Notes: generated by a model from the letters alone, not told the origin. 18,094 nt of DNA from Candidatus Bathyarchaeia archaeon (GCA_049512075.1 JBEKXL010000034.1:1-18094); one strand, 5' to 3'; positions 1-8,648 are shown, numbered from the stretch's first letter. A program made the numbers and translations.

Positions 1-2
1 GT

Positions 3-89
3 GAGGTTCCTGAAGCTCTCCGGTATTTCGGAGAAGGACACGCCAAAGGAAAGATAGTGATTACTGTCGAACATAATAGCAAAACCTAA
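3..89 (+). CDS. 3' end (partial) of an MDR-family NAD(P)-dependent alcohol dehydrogenase / quinone oxidoreductase
   Basis: Own translation from nt 3: EVPEALRYFGEGHAKGKIVITVEHNSKT*. It matches the MDR C-terminal 'EA.RY...GH..GK.VI' motif. Stop TAA at 87-89. Not in the ORF track. Confidence 0.8.
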   Translation, partial: EVPEALRYFGEGHAKGKIVITVEHNSKT

Positions 90-124
90 CAAAGCGCTGC
101 ACGTGCCGCTATGAAGCGTAGCGG
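84..124 (+). other. Left half of an integron attC-like site
   Basis: ACCTAAC (RYYYAAC, R'') at 84-90 overlaps the stop codon, followed by a 5-bp spacer, GCTGCAC (L''-like) and a CCGCTA/TAGCGG hairpin (106-124). No matching L'/R' (GTTRRRY) seen downstream. Confidence 0.45.
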
Positions 125-517
125 AATGGAAGCAACTACGAAGCGATAGTTTCCCCGGTTCTTCTCGGGCCTGCTATTGCGGAATTGTCACTTTGCTTGT
201 GGCTTTTGCTGAAAGGTGACCAGGAATGAGTCTATCTGCGATGAAAGACAGAATTGCTCGCCAACAATCTCGACACTGATGAAATGATTGCACATTTGCC
301 ATCAAAGAGCTCATGTGCAGTTGTGTCCGCTGAATATTGATGCCGTCATTAAGGTGGTTGACTTCGAGCCGAATCTAGAGGGCAGGCTTCACTTACCAAA
401 GGATATCGATGCCATTGGCTGATACATAACAAAGCACAAATGCTTGCGAGTCCTATTCTATGATCGTCTGAGATTTGTGACCTAGGCCCCTCTGTGGGAA
501 CCATGATTCAATAGTGG

Positions 518-536
518 TTCTCGGCGGCCGCACCAC
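518..536 (+). repeat. tRNA-Gly 3'-end-like sequence (att-like relic)
   Basis: TTCTCGGCGGCCGCACCAC. The 15-mer CGGCGGCCGCACCAC (522-536) recurs exactly at 13631-13645 and resembles the archaeal tRNA-Gly end ...ATCCCGGCGGCCGCACCA. Confidence 0.6.
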
Positions 537-671
537 TCTAGCATTTACTACTGAGGATTCAGGAAAACCAGGGCGCCAGGAGATTTCATATTGTGGAAAC
601 GATAATAGGCCTGAGCTCGACAAAGCTCGATCGATCCCCACACGCTCTTGAACGCAGCCGGGGGTCAAGTC

Positions 672-1505
672 ATGTCCACAATACCTGATGCACTGAAAGA
701 GATTGTAGTTTTCATCTTCATCAAAGGCTCAGGAGGCGAGGATGAAGCCATCGGAACCGGTTTCTTTGTGGGCGTGGTAGACAAGCATAGGAAAAAAGGC
801 GCCTTCCCATACCTCGTCACGGCAAGACACGTGTTAACTGATCGACAAGGTCGATACTACCCTGACATCTATATCAGAATGAACAAGATTTCAGGAGGAT
901 CAGAAATCATCCGGGTGCCTCTTTCCGGAGAGGGTGCTCTGCCAATCTACAAACACGTTGACGAAAAGGTCGACATCGTTGTTCTGCCTGTGAGGCCAAG
1001 GGATGATGTCTATCAATACAGAGTGCTCACTGACAACATGATAAGCACAAGAGAACAATTTGTCGAGGCGGGGATTAGGGAAGGCGACGAAGTTTTCTTC
1101 ACAGGTCTTTTTGCTTCATTCTTTGGTGCGGAAAGAAACTATCCCGTAGTGAGATTCGGTCGAGTGGCAATGCTGCCTCAAGAGCGAATCCCTTGGAAAG
1201 GTGAGATGCTTAGTCTCTATCTGATTGAGTGTCAGTCATTTGGGGGTAATAGCGGATCGCCCGTATTCTTCTATCTTGGCGTTGCGAGAGATCCGTTGTC
1301 TTTCATTTGGAGCGGGCCCAAATTCCTTCTTATGGGCATCATGAAGGGAAGCTTCTTGGAACCGAATGAGGTTCAGCTTGTCGATAGAAGTCGCATCCCC
1401 GTCTCTTTCGAGAATGCTGGAATCGCAGCAGTTGTTCCCGCCTATTATCTACACGAAATTCTCTTTTCGGAGGAGCTGAAAAGGGCACGAGCATCCGCCA
1501 AGTGA
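672..1505 (+). CDS. Trypsin-like (S1 clan) serine protease, no signal peptide
   Basis: Motifs GTGFFV, LVTARHV (His), DIVVL (Asp) and GGNSGSPVF (Ser). ATG 672, after GGGGGT, is preferred over TTG 648. Confidence 0.85.
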   Translation: MSTIPDALKEIVVFIFIKGSGGEDEAIGTGFFVGVVDKHRKKGAFPYLVTARHVLTDRQGRYYPDIYIRMNKISGGSEIIRVPLSGEGALPIYKHVDEKVDIVVLPVRPRDDVYQYRVLTDNMISTREQFVEAGIREGDEVFFTGLFASFFGAERNYPVVRFGRVAMLPQERIPWKGEMLSLYLIECQSFGGNSGSPVFFYLGVARDPLSFIWSGPKFLLMGIMKGSFLEPNEVQLVDRSRIPVSFENAGIAAVVPAYYLHEILFSEELKRARASAK

Positions 1506-1617
1506 TTCTCCTGTATCTGCGTCGCCTGAGTCGGTCCTGGTCGAAGAACTAGGGTACGCACACGGAAGGTTGGTCGTTCATCGCAGGATCCTTACAGCTC
1601 GCCCATCCCTTTCGGAG

Positions 1618-1787
1618 AATCTTGAACCCGTCCAGAACCCTAAACAGGAGACAAAAGGGTATGCCATTTGAACCTACTGGTATCTTTGAAGGTTTTCAGT
1701 TTCAAAGATTCTTTCAAAGATTTTTGAACTTGAGCACTTGCCCAGAACCTTCGAAGAATCTTCGAGAAATCTTTGAGGAATCTTGAA
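1618..1787. repeat. Phased array of AATCTT(T/C)GA-like boxes in both orientations
   Basis: TTCAAAGATT at 1701 and 1713 (12-bp period). Opposite-orientation AATCTTCGA 1757, AATCTTTGA 1768 and AATCTTGAA 1779 (11-bp period). Further copies at 1618 and 1682. Confidence 0.65.
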
Positions 1788-1833
1788 TATTGTTAAGATT
1801 CCACGGGCTCTGTTCGCTAGTCGGCGGGTTTAG

Positions 1834-2049
1834 GTTTCTGTTCGGTTTCAGCAGCTTTGGCGCTTTGAGCAATTAGAGACTTCCATCGGTTCTGCCCAAG
1901 ATTCAAGTCAATACCAGAAGGAGTTAGTAAGCACGAAGCCAGATATCAAGTGGAAGAAGATAGGTCGCTACCGATTATTTTCGAAAAAGAAGCGAGGGAG
2001 AAGTGAGGCTGAATTGAACAGAAATTGGAAATTGGATGCTAAAAGGTGA
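1834..2049 (+). pseudogene. Possible winged-helix protein remnant
   Basis: Stop-free frame with no start codon upstream of the segment ELVSTKPDIKWKKIGRYRLF, which resembles the wing of small archaeal wHTH proteins. Confidence 0.25.
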
Positions 2050-2058
2050 GAAAGAGAG

Positions 2059-2166
2059 ATGAACCATAGGAAACTAACGCTAATCGTTGCCGTGGTTCTT
2101 CTCGCTACTACACTGCTCTTTGCTCGTTCACCAAACGCTTACGCTTGGGACGCATCCAAAGTCTGA
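2059..2166 (+). pseudogene. 35-aa ORF that is almost only a Sec signal peptide (truncated secreted protein)
   Basis: AGGTGA RBS. MNHRKLTLIVAVVLLATTLLFARSPNAYA-WDASKV*: basic N-region, hydrophobic core, AYA cleavage site. Confidence 0.55.
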
Positions 2167-2274
2167 AATCCTTGCAAGTGAACTAGCATAGTGGCTTCCT
2201 GAGATTCACGGCCTGCCCGCATAGAGTTCACCGCCTGCCTGTTTGAAGTCAAAAGCAAGAGAGGAGGTGAGCAA

Positions 2275-2565
2275 GTGAAGTTCATAGGGTTCTGGGAGTA
2301 CAGCTTTGAGGACACTGACAAGGTTCTAGAGAAGTTCATGAAGATGACTGCGGAAAGGGAGAAGGGGACGGAGAAGTTTCCGAAGCTAATCTTTGGACCT
2401 TATCATATCGGTGGGGAGAGCAAGGGCTTCACAATATACGAAACTGATGACATCGACCAACTCACGAACACCACGATTCACTACATGCCCGAGATGAAGT
2501 GGAAGTTCGTACCAATACATGAAGCTAGCAAAGTTGCAGAACTATATCTGAAAAGCAAAAAGTAG
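2275..2565 (+). CDS. DUF3303-like small ferredoxin-fold protein
   Basis: Strong RBS GAGGAGGTGA before GTG. The pattern MKFIGFWEY...GPYH.GGE.KGFTIYET...Y.PEMKWKFVPI is typical of DUF3303. Confidence 0.75.
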   Translation: MKFIGFWEYSFEDTDKVLEKFMKMTAEREKGTEKFPKLIFGPYHIGGESKGFTIYETDDIDQLTNTTIHYMPEMKWKFVPIHEASKVAELYLKSKK

Positions 2566-2800
2566 CTAGAAAAGTTACATGGCTGTATGCCTGTCCCAAT
2601 CCCACTTTCTTCTAAACTCCGGTGCGCCGATGAGGGGCGCAATGACAGGCAAATACCCAAACCGGGCATGGCGAGAAAAAGGACTTGAGTCGATTGGCAA
2701 ACACAAAAGGGCATATGATAAGTCTCGTTACTAGATTGCTTATCCTGACAACACAGAAAGCCCGCTTCGTTATTGGTCTAAGTACATGGAGGTTCGTTCA

Positions 2801-3097
2801 GTGAGAGGGTGCTCGGGATGCACTCGTGACGGGAATTGCCCTCTTCAAGAAATGGGAACGAAAACAAACAGAATCTGTAGATGGCGTGTCGAAAAGCTAG
2901 AGGCGCAATGCTAACCCAAGGGTATCGTGGCCGCCGTTACCGTATCTATTTCAGTGGTGACGGCGATTCTTCTGATACAGAAGTTCGGAGCGACGTGGAA
3001 TGTTGTTCCCGTAATGGTTTTTGCAATCATTGTTCCCGCAACACTCGCAATAGCAATCAACTATCTGCGTTGGCGTCCACGATACAGGGTGCTCTGA
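2801..3097 (+). pseudogene. Cys-rich N-terminus plus two-TM protein split by one in-frame TAA (or two small ORFs)
   Basis: GGAGGT RBS, GTG 2801: MRGCSGCTRDGNCPLQEMG...ICRWRVEKLEAQC*(2912-2914). The same frame continues PKGIVAAVTVSISVVTAILLIQKFGATWNVVPVMVFAIIVPATLAIAINYLRWRPRYRVL* (3097). Confidence 0.45.
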
Positions 3098-3438
3098 AGA
3101 GACATCCGCCGATGCCGAACAACTCCAAAGAACAGCCATAAACCGAACAGAGCCTGTCTCTCCAGAGGTCGTTCAGGACGACGCTACTCTTGTCCTGAAG
3201 AGCCGCGAAAATCGTTGCGCCTTGGGCCTAGACCTGCTCGTAACGCTCAACTAGTGTCAGCGTCCTTCCCGTGGACGATCGCCTGAGAAATCGCTCCTGG
3301 GCGGGCGGACTTGGTAAGGAGCGACGACCCTCAAACTAGGCTACCAACCAACATGCCGGCCCAGAACTGCTCAGCCAAGCGCTCTCTTTCTTCAGAGGGA
3401 CGAGCCTGATGTAATACTCACTTCTGTTTGCTTTTCGC

Positions 3439-4173
3439 TCAGGCTCGTGACTCGTATTCTTCAGCGCGTGCCTCGATGAATTCTTTCACTTTCTCTTCAC
3501 TGAACTTCCTGGCTTCCCGTTGCTTCTGTAGCTGTCCCTTGATTTTTCGCAGCAGGTCTTCCATGGCGTATGGTTTCACAATGTATCCGTCGGCGCCGCG
3601 GTGTCTGGTCTCAAACGCTTCTCTAACATCATCGATGTGTGAAATGACCAGTATCTTCTTAAATCGTTGTCTCAGCGCCTGCAGGATTTCGATTGTGGCT
3701 CTTCTTCCCTCCTCATCAAGCGCTCCGAATCCTTCATCGATCACCAGTGTTTCGATTCTGCCCCTGTAGCCGCTTCTCCTAGTGATAGCTTCAGATACGC
3801 CCAGGCGCAGGGCGAGGTTGATTCGCATTCTCTCCCCACCTGAGTAGCGGCTCACGGGATGGCTTCTGCCTTGGTCAACTGCTTCAACGATTAGTTCCTC
3901 GGTGACTTTCCCTGTCTTGGTCTTTCTGCCGAACTTGAAGTTGATGTCCATTCTGCCGTTGGAGAGGTCCCTGAGTATCTTGGAGGCTTCCTGCTCAATC
4001 TCCGGGACAATCTCGATTAGAAGAGCCGTGGGGATACCGTCCTTGTGAAATATTTCCTTCTCAAGCAGCTCGTATGCCGTTCTGATTCTTTCCTTGTCGC
4101 CCATCTGCTCGACGAGCTCTTTGTGCTTGACCTTTGTCAGTTTGATTTCGTCTAGGTCTTCCTTGGCTGATAA
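3439..4173 (-). pseudogene. Chimera: C-terminal Rad50/SbcC ATPase half fused to the C-terminal end of a response-regulator receiver
   Basis: Contains the signature YSGGE, Walker B/D-loop LVIDEGFGALD and H-switch VISH, but no Walker A half (frame open only to 4173). From about 3600 it reads GADGYIVKPY...KFSEEKVKEFIEARAEE, a receiver beta5/alpha5 tail. Confidence 0.8.
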
Positions 4174-4487
4174 CTAACCATCAGGGCAGTCTTCCAAGAA
4201 ACTCTCGCCTAGATTTCCAATTGCCACTTGACACAGCACCTCTACAATATTGGGTCATGGGAAACGTCTCAGGTTCAAACTGCTTGAATGACCACTTTTC
4301 TAGGTGTTTCATCGGGACCATTTGCCAGTTGACGGACCACCTCTGCAATCACCAGAGCTTGCGAAATGCCCACTTGCCGTTTTACATGCTTTCTTTGTAG
4401 TACGCTCTCACACCTGCAAGTGGTCCTGAATAGCTTGCGAGGTTCCTCTCGCCGTGGAAAAATGTGCCGTAGCTTTCTTACTCCATC

Positions 4488-5306
4488 CTATGTCGGCCCG
4501 GGTAGCCCGAGAGCCATCTCGTCAAGCTCTCGAAGAATTTTCTCCTTCGTCGGCTTGTCACACCTCTTAAGCAGCCGAATGATGGAGTGGCGAACGTAGC
4601 TCTCGATCGTTTGAATATCGTTATCGCTAACTCTAGGTTGGACCCCATGCACGATTTGGCTACGCAAGTCATATAGTTCGCGCATTCGCTTCGCGATTTT
4701 CAGTCGTTCTTGCGGGGTCTCACCGAGCATCCACGCGGCTCTAACAGAGAGTTTGTGTCGCAGTGCTGAGTCGGAGTACAAGGCTTCCAGCGCTATCATC
4801 CAGTTGACGAGAGATTCTTCTGGCCGCGTCGATGATTTCCCGAAATTGTAGTAGTCTATTGCCAGTCGCAGATGAAGGTACTCGCTCTTGTCGAGTATCT
4901 CCTCGTTGTCCCGAAACAGAGTTGTCGCATCAGTGAGCAAGGCAACTCGCTGTTCCTCTGATAGCGTAGGCTTGAGGCGAATGGTTATCGTTCCAGAGAC
5001 GCTAGTAAGGAAACCCGTTCCAGCAACCTGGTTTGCACCCTCATCTCTCTCAATTCCCGCTGCGACCTGAGCAAGGACGTTGTATAGTGATAGAAAGCTG
5101 ATGAGCTGCTTTCTCGACTTGTCCACAGGATCCTCCGTGCGTGGAGACACCGTGACCTGGACCGAGGCGCGAACCCTCGAATTATCTAGTCTTTCAAACG
5201 AAAGCCAGCTCGGACCAGCCACCGCACCTGTTGGGATAAGCAACCCCGCTACAATGAAGTTGGCTTTCCATCTCTCAACTGTCGATGCGTCTTCACTCAT
5301 ACTCAT
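4488..5306 (-). CDS. ApeA-like HEPN domain protein (putative defence RNase)
   Basis: LAIDYY...ESLVNWMIALEALY...LSVRAAWMLG...RELYDLRSQIVHG, an Apea-type HEPN with intact RxxxxH. Confidence 0.8.
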   Translation of the reverse strand: MSMSEDASTVERWKANFIVAGLLIPTGAVAGPSWLSFERLDNSRVRASVQVTVSPRTEDPVDKSRKQLISFLSLYNVLAQVAAGIERDEGANQVAGTGFLTSVSGTITIRLKPTLSEEQRVALLTDATTLFRDNEEILDKSEYLHLRLAIDYYNFGKSSTRPEESLVNWMIALEALYSDSALRHKLSVRAAWMLGETPQERLKIAKRMRELYDLRSQIVHGVQPRVSDNDIQTIESYVRHSIIRLLKRCDKPTKEKILRELDEMALGLPGPT

Positions 5307-5454
5307 TCTAACAACCGCGATCTGGCGAAGAAGAAGGCGAGAACCTGGAATATGAGGACTTGCTACAAGAAGGTGGAGGAATTTCCTAACAACCCCTCTT
5401 TCGGATTCCGTTGAGTTCGTGTGACTTTCTCTATCTAGGCAATCCTGTCATGCA

Positions 5455-6243
5455 TCAAGTGTAACTCGTCGAAATCCAAGGCTTCAGCTCGTGAGCGAAC
5501 TTGGCGAATTCAGGAAATATCAGTAGCGAGGAGTGCGCAGTCTCCGAAGTGACAGGATCCAAGCTTGTGGGATGTCCGGCGTCGTTTCGCGTCATGCGCA
5601 GTTGTCCGCTGAACGATTGCCAAAACGACTCGTAGGATTCCTTGAGACGCGTACCCATGGTATTCTTGCGGTTGTCCAGCATCTTGGTGAGCTCATCGAA
5701 GACCTGCTTGATTCGCCAATCAAGAAGACTTGCTGACGGCGTTTGCCCTAGCGCTCTGATTCTTGTGACAATGCTGTCTCGAAGCTCAAGGACTATGCTC
5801 TCGGCGGCAGCTCCGATCATGACAGCTGTGGCTCTGTAGCAATCTGAGTTGTACGTCTTGAGCGCCTCAGATACGTAGGACTGGGCAACCGAGCTTAACG
5901 TGCATACTTGCGAGAGATATTTGGTGTAGCCATCCGGATTCGCTGGATCCCGACTGAGTGTTTCGAGCGTTTTTCTTCCGAGTGCGGTAACATGACAGAA
6001 AGGTGGCTCTGGGTTGGAAATATTGTAGCCCCAAGCAATCTGTCCGTTCCGGAACAGGTCGTACCAGACCGTCAGCGCGGCCTGTTCAAGCTCGTGGTTT
6101 CCCTTGATCCCTAAGACCTTGGAAGCTTCCTCTAGGACAACCCTAGGCTGGAGACTCGACGTACCCGCGTACTTGCTGACGATTTCCAACAAGACTCTTC
6201 GTATCGCATTGTGGTCAATCTGCATTTTTTCCTCTCCTGACAT
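5455..6243 (-). CDS. wHTH-like N-terminus plus DUF4145/Abi-type HEPN domain protein
   Basis: GGAGGTGA RBS before ATG 6243. N-part ends FCHVTALGRK (wing-like). C-part has EALKTY...YRATAVMIGAAAE...RMTRNDAGHP (RxxxxH). Confidence 0.75.
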   Translation of the reverse strand: MSGEEKMQIDHNAIRRVLLEIVSKYAGTSSLQPRVVLEEASKVLGIKGNHELEQAALTVWYDLFRNGQIAWGYNISNPEPPFCHVTALGRKTLETLSRDPANPDGYTKYLSQVCTLSSVAQSYVSEALKTYNSDCYRATAVMIGAAAESIVLELRDSIVTRIRALGQTPSASLLDWRIKQVFDELTKMLDNRKNTMGTRLKESYESFWQSFSGQLRMTRNDAGHPTSLDPVTSETAHSSLLIFPEFAKFAHELKPWISTSYT

Positions 6244-6382
6244 TGATCTCACCTCCCTTCAATCCCGTTCATGTAGCTGTTCAGCAGAGAAAGCAGTGAA
6301 CTCCACACAGGCAGACCGTGAATCTCGGAAAGCCAGTAGACTATGTTGGTCGTTCAGGATTTCAGACTTTGGGTCAGGAGGG

Positions 6383-6410
6383 ATTGTTAGGGGAGTCTTT
6401 GCCTAACGAT
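6383..6410. promoter_or_regulatory. Dyad ATTGTTAGG-N10-CCTAACGAT between the divergent HEPN and integrase genes
   Basis: 9-bp inverted repeat with one mismatch. Related CTAACAACC boxes at 5308-5316 and 5386-5394. Confidence 0.3.
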
Positions 6411-6450
6411 TGGAGGCGTCAGGATCACGAGAGGAGTTGGACTCGTTTTG

Positions 6451-6472
6451 TGAGTGTGGAAATCATGGTGCG
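6451..6472 (-). repeat. CGCACC-N8-CACACACA family site upstream of the integrase
   Basis: Minus strand reads CGCACC ATGATTTC CACACTCA, the same spacing as the copies at 13638 and 13731. Confidence 0.5.
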
Positions 6473-6694
6473 CACACACACCAAATCAACGGCTCAAATT
6501 CGAAGTCCGCGTCAACGAAGTCCGCGCAACATTCAGGTTCCCCGAACACAACCTGCCCAAATTGCGTGAGATTGCGAACAACTGGGCTGAACGAGGCTAC
6601 ATCAACGCGAAGCACTTGCTCATGCGGATTCACCTACAGAAAGAGAAATCAGCTCGTTTGCCCATTTCAACGATCAGCCAGCAAGGGGCCTTCA

Positions 6695-7662
6695 ATGGAT
6701 CCCATTGAAAGATGGCTTTCCTCGTACGACAATGAAGATAGCCGAATCAGACGTAGGAGAGCGCTTGAACGATTCTCGAAATGTGTCGGTACGCCTCCTG
6801 AAGTGCTGCTTGAGAGAACGCGCGACCAGACACGTTCGGGGCCCCCGAAGGATGCCGAAGATGCGTTGATGAAGTTCTACACCGACATGAGAAACCGCGG
6901 TTTGGCTCGCACCAGCAGGCTGCAATGGGTGAACGTCATTCGTGGTTTCTTCTCAAAGAATGGTGTGCACTTGGCTCCACTTCCTCAACTGAAATCGAGC
7001 GGTCATCCGTCGCCGAGGATACTCATAGTATCCCTTTCAGTCAGAAAGATGTCAAGAGAATGATCAAGTTGACGACCGCCAAAACGCTTGGTTCACTTAT
7101 CGCACGCCGTAACAGAGCTGTGATCGCTTTTCTGGCGCAGACGGGACAAAGAGAAAGCGTCCTAGCGGGGATAACATGGGAAATGATACAGCGAGGCAAA
7201 AGGATCGCACTCGGTCATCGAGATCGATCCCATGCCGTTATTGAGATCGGCCCTGAATTTCCGAAGAACAAACTGCGTCAACGGTACCGATTCGTGATAG
7301 GGTCGAATGCCTTGAAACTCATGGAAAAACTACCGCGCCCGCACGTCGGGAGGGTATTCAAGACTGCCAAAGGCAAGGATAAGATGGCGGTGAGGACGAT
7401 CGCGCGTATCGTAGATGAGGCCGCAGACACCTGCGAAATTCAGTATGAGACCGAGCGGACATTTCGAGGTTGGATGTGGCATGGGGTTCATCCGCATGTA
7501 TTCCGACGATATTGGAAACGGCAGATGAAGTTAGGAGGGGTGAATGACAAGGATCTATTAGAGTACATGCTCGGTCACCGTGTGACCGCGTATGACGCAT
7601 GGACGGACGCTGACTTGCTCAGTAACTACAAGATGGCAGAGCGTAAACTTGCGGTGCTATGA
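6695..7662 (+). pseudogene. Tyrosine recombinase/integrase split by a frameshift near 6985-6995
   Basis: The frame from ATG 6695 gives an N-terminal core-binding domain (MDPIERWL...ALERF...IRGFFSKNG). The -1 frame carries catalytic TGQR, K (PKNK), HVFR, LGH and Y (AYD). Confidence 0.85.
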
Positions 7663-7683
7663 TGACAATGGGAAGTCAAGTTA

Positions 7684-8379
7684 GTGATTGCTTCTAGGGA
7701 CTGGAAGGACCTCGCTGCGAATCCTGAAGCGTTCGGTGAAGCTGAGAAGAAAATCTATTCGACGTTGGAGCCCATCTTATGTGAACTGTTAGATGAACTG
7801 AAGACAAACAACAGGATCGAGACTGTGTATGTGAATGCCGAACTGGATGACTTGAGGGTTGTCGTACACTCTCTGGAAGACTGCGGGAGAAGCTACAATC
7901 TGATCTTGAATGCCACCGACAGCCACGAGAAAGCTATGAACTTCACCCAGGCACTCACGCCCTTCGGGTTCGACAATGTATCTGCATTCAACTTGCTCAT
8001 CCAGGTAGGCGTCCTTGGTACGATACTATCAACCGAAATGTTCAGGACAACCCTGCTATTTCATTCCAAAGGCCTCAAGCCGACTGCAACGATTGGTGAG
8101 CTGCTGAGGGAGCTGCAAAACGACGACGGAGCACCCAAAGCCGTTGCTAAACTCAGGCCATACCTCGACCTCAACTTCCGCAACGCTGTCGCCCACGGAA
8201 TGTTTGGGCTCCAAGGAGACAAGATCGTGCTTTACAAGAACGCAAAGTTCGAGATTTTGGAAAAACTGACCTTTGCTGATTTCATGATTCGATCGAAGAA
8301 GCAGAGCGTGTTGACGCACTGCCTGATCAATGTAATCGTGGAGAAAAAACGAGCGGGATTCTTCATGGAAGGAACCTAG
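7684..8379 (+). CDS. HEPN-motif protein (putative RNase)
   Basis: C-terminal TIGELLREL...LDLNFRNAVAHG (RxxxxH). Lies 21 bp after the integrase stop, same strand. Confidence 0.7.
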   Translation: MIASRDWKDLAANPEAFGEAEKKIYSTLEPILCELLDELKTNNRIETVYVNAELDDLRVVVHSLEDCGRSYNLILNATDSHEKAMNFTQALTPFGFDNVSAFNLLIQVGVLGTILSTEMFRTTLLFHSKGLKPTATIGELLRELQNDDGAPKAVAKLRPYLDLNFRNAVAHGMFGLQGDKIVLYKNAKFEILEKLTFADFMIRSKKQSVLTHCLINVIVEKKRAGFFMEGT

Positions 8380-8429
8380 GACTTGCCCTCAACCTCCCTC
8401 GTAGCGTTGCAGGACCCGAATGGTTCTGA

Positions 8430-8648
8430 CTACCTCCGACTCTCAGAAAACCCACTTGTGTCGGCCTTTAACCGGCTGAGATTTTCCTCGTAGGGTAGCA
8501 TCTTTATTGTGTCGGGGTCGAATGAGAGTCTCTTCCGACATTTCGGGCAGCTCCCGTTGTATCGCAGAATTATCTCAGAAGGTGATTCGAGCTCGAGTCC
8601 ATCGTAGAGGACGGCGCCGCATGCGTCACAGAAAACATGTTGAGGCAT
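8430..8648 (-). CDS. Small Zn-ribbon protein
   Basis: MPQHVFCDACGAVLY...GSCPKCRKRL: two CxxC pairs, typical of small conserved TACK proteins. Confidence 0.8.
   Translation of the reverse strand: MPQHVFCDACGAVLYDGLELESPSEIILRYNGSCPKCRKRLSFDPDTIKMLPYEENLSRLKADTSGFSESRR

Noticed and set aside
2881-3141. ORFs 2881-3141 (+) and 2951-3139 (-)
   Set aside because: Shadow frames; the third + frame gives a more protein-like product with an RBS.
3291-3325. TCGCTCCT...AGGAGCGA hairpin as an ncRNA
   Set aside because: A single 8-bp stem with no further structure or recognisable family.
3607-3612. GAGACC next to the Rad50/receiver junction as a family site
   Set aside because: Only a 6-mer with no CGCACC core; expected several times by chance.
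6318-6708. ORFs 6318-6569, 6454-6708 and the N-terminal extension of 6410-7063
   Set aside because: Three overlapping frames with no recognisable motif, lying over repeat and dyad sites; integrase similarity begins at ATG 6695. 6454-6708 cannot be fully excluded.
6905-6914. GCTCGCACCA inside the integrase gene as an SSV-type internal attP
   Set aside because: Flanks lack the other family elements and the reading frame is continuous there; may be chance.
6960-7000. Programmed -1 frameshift in the integrase
   Set aside because: No X XXY YYZ heptamer or obvious stimulatory hairpin at the required position.
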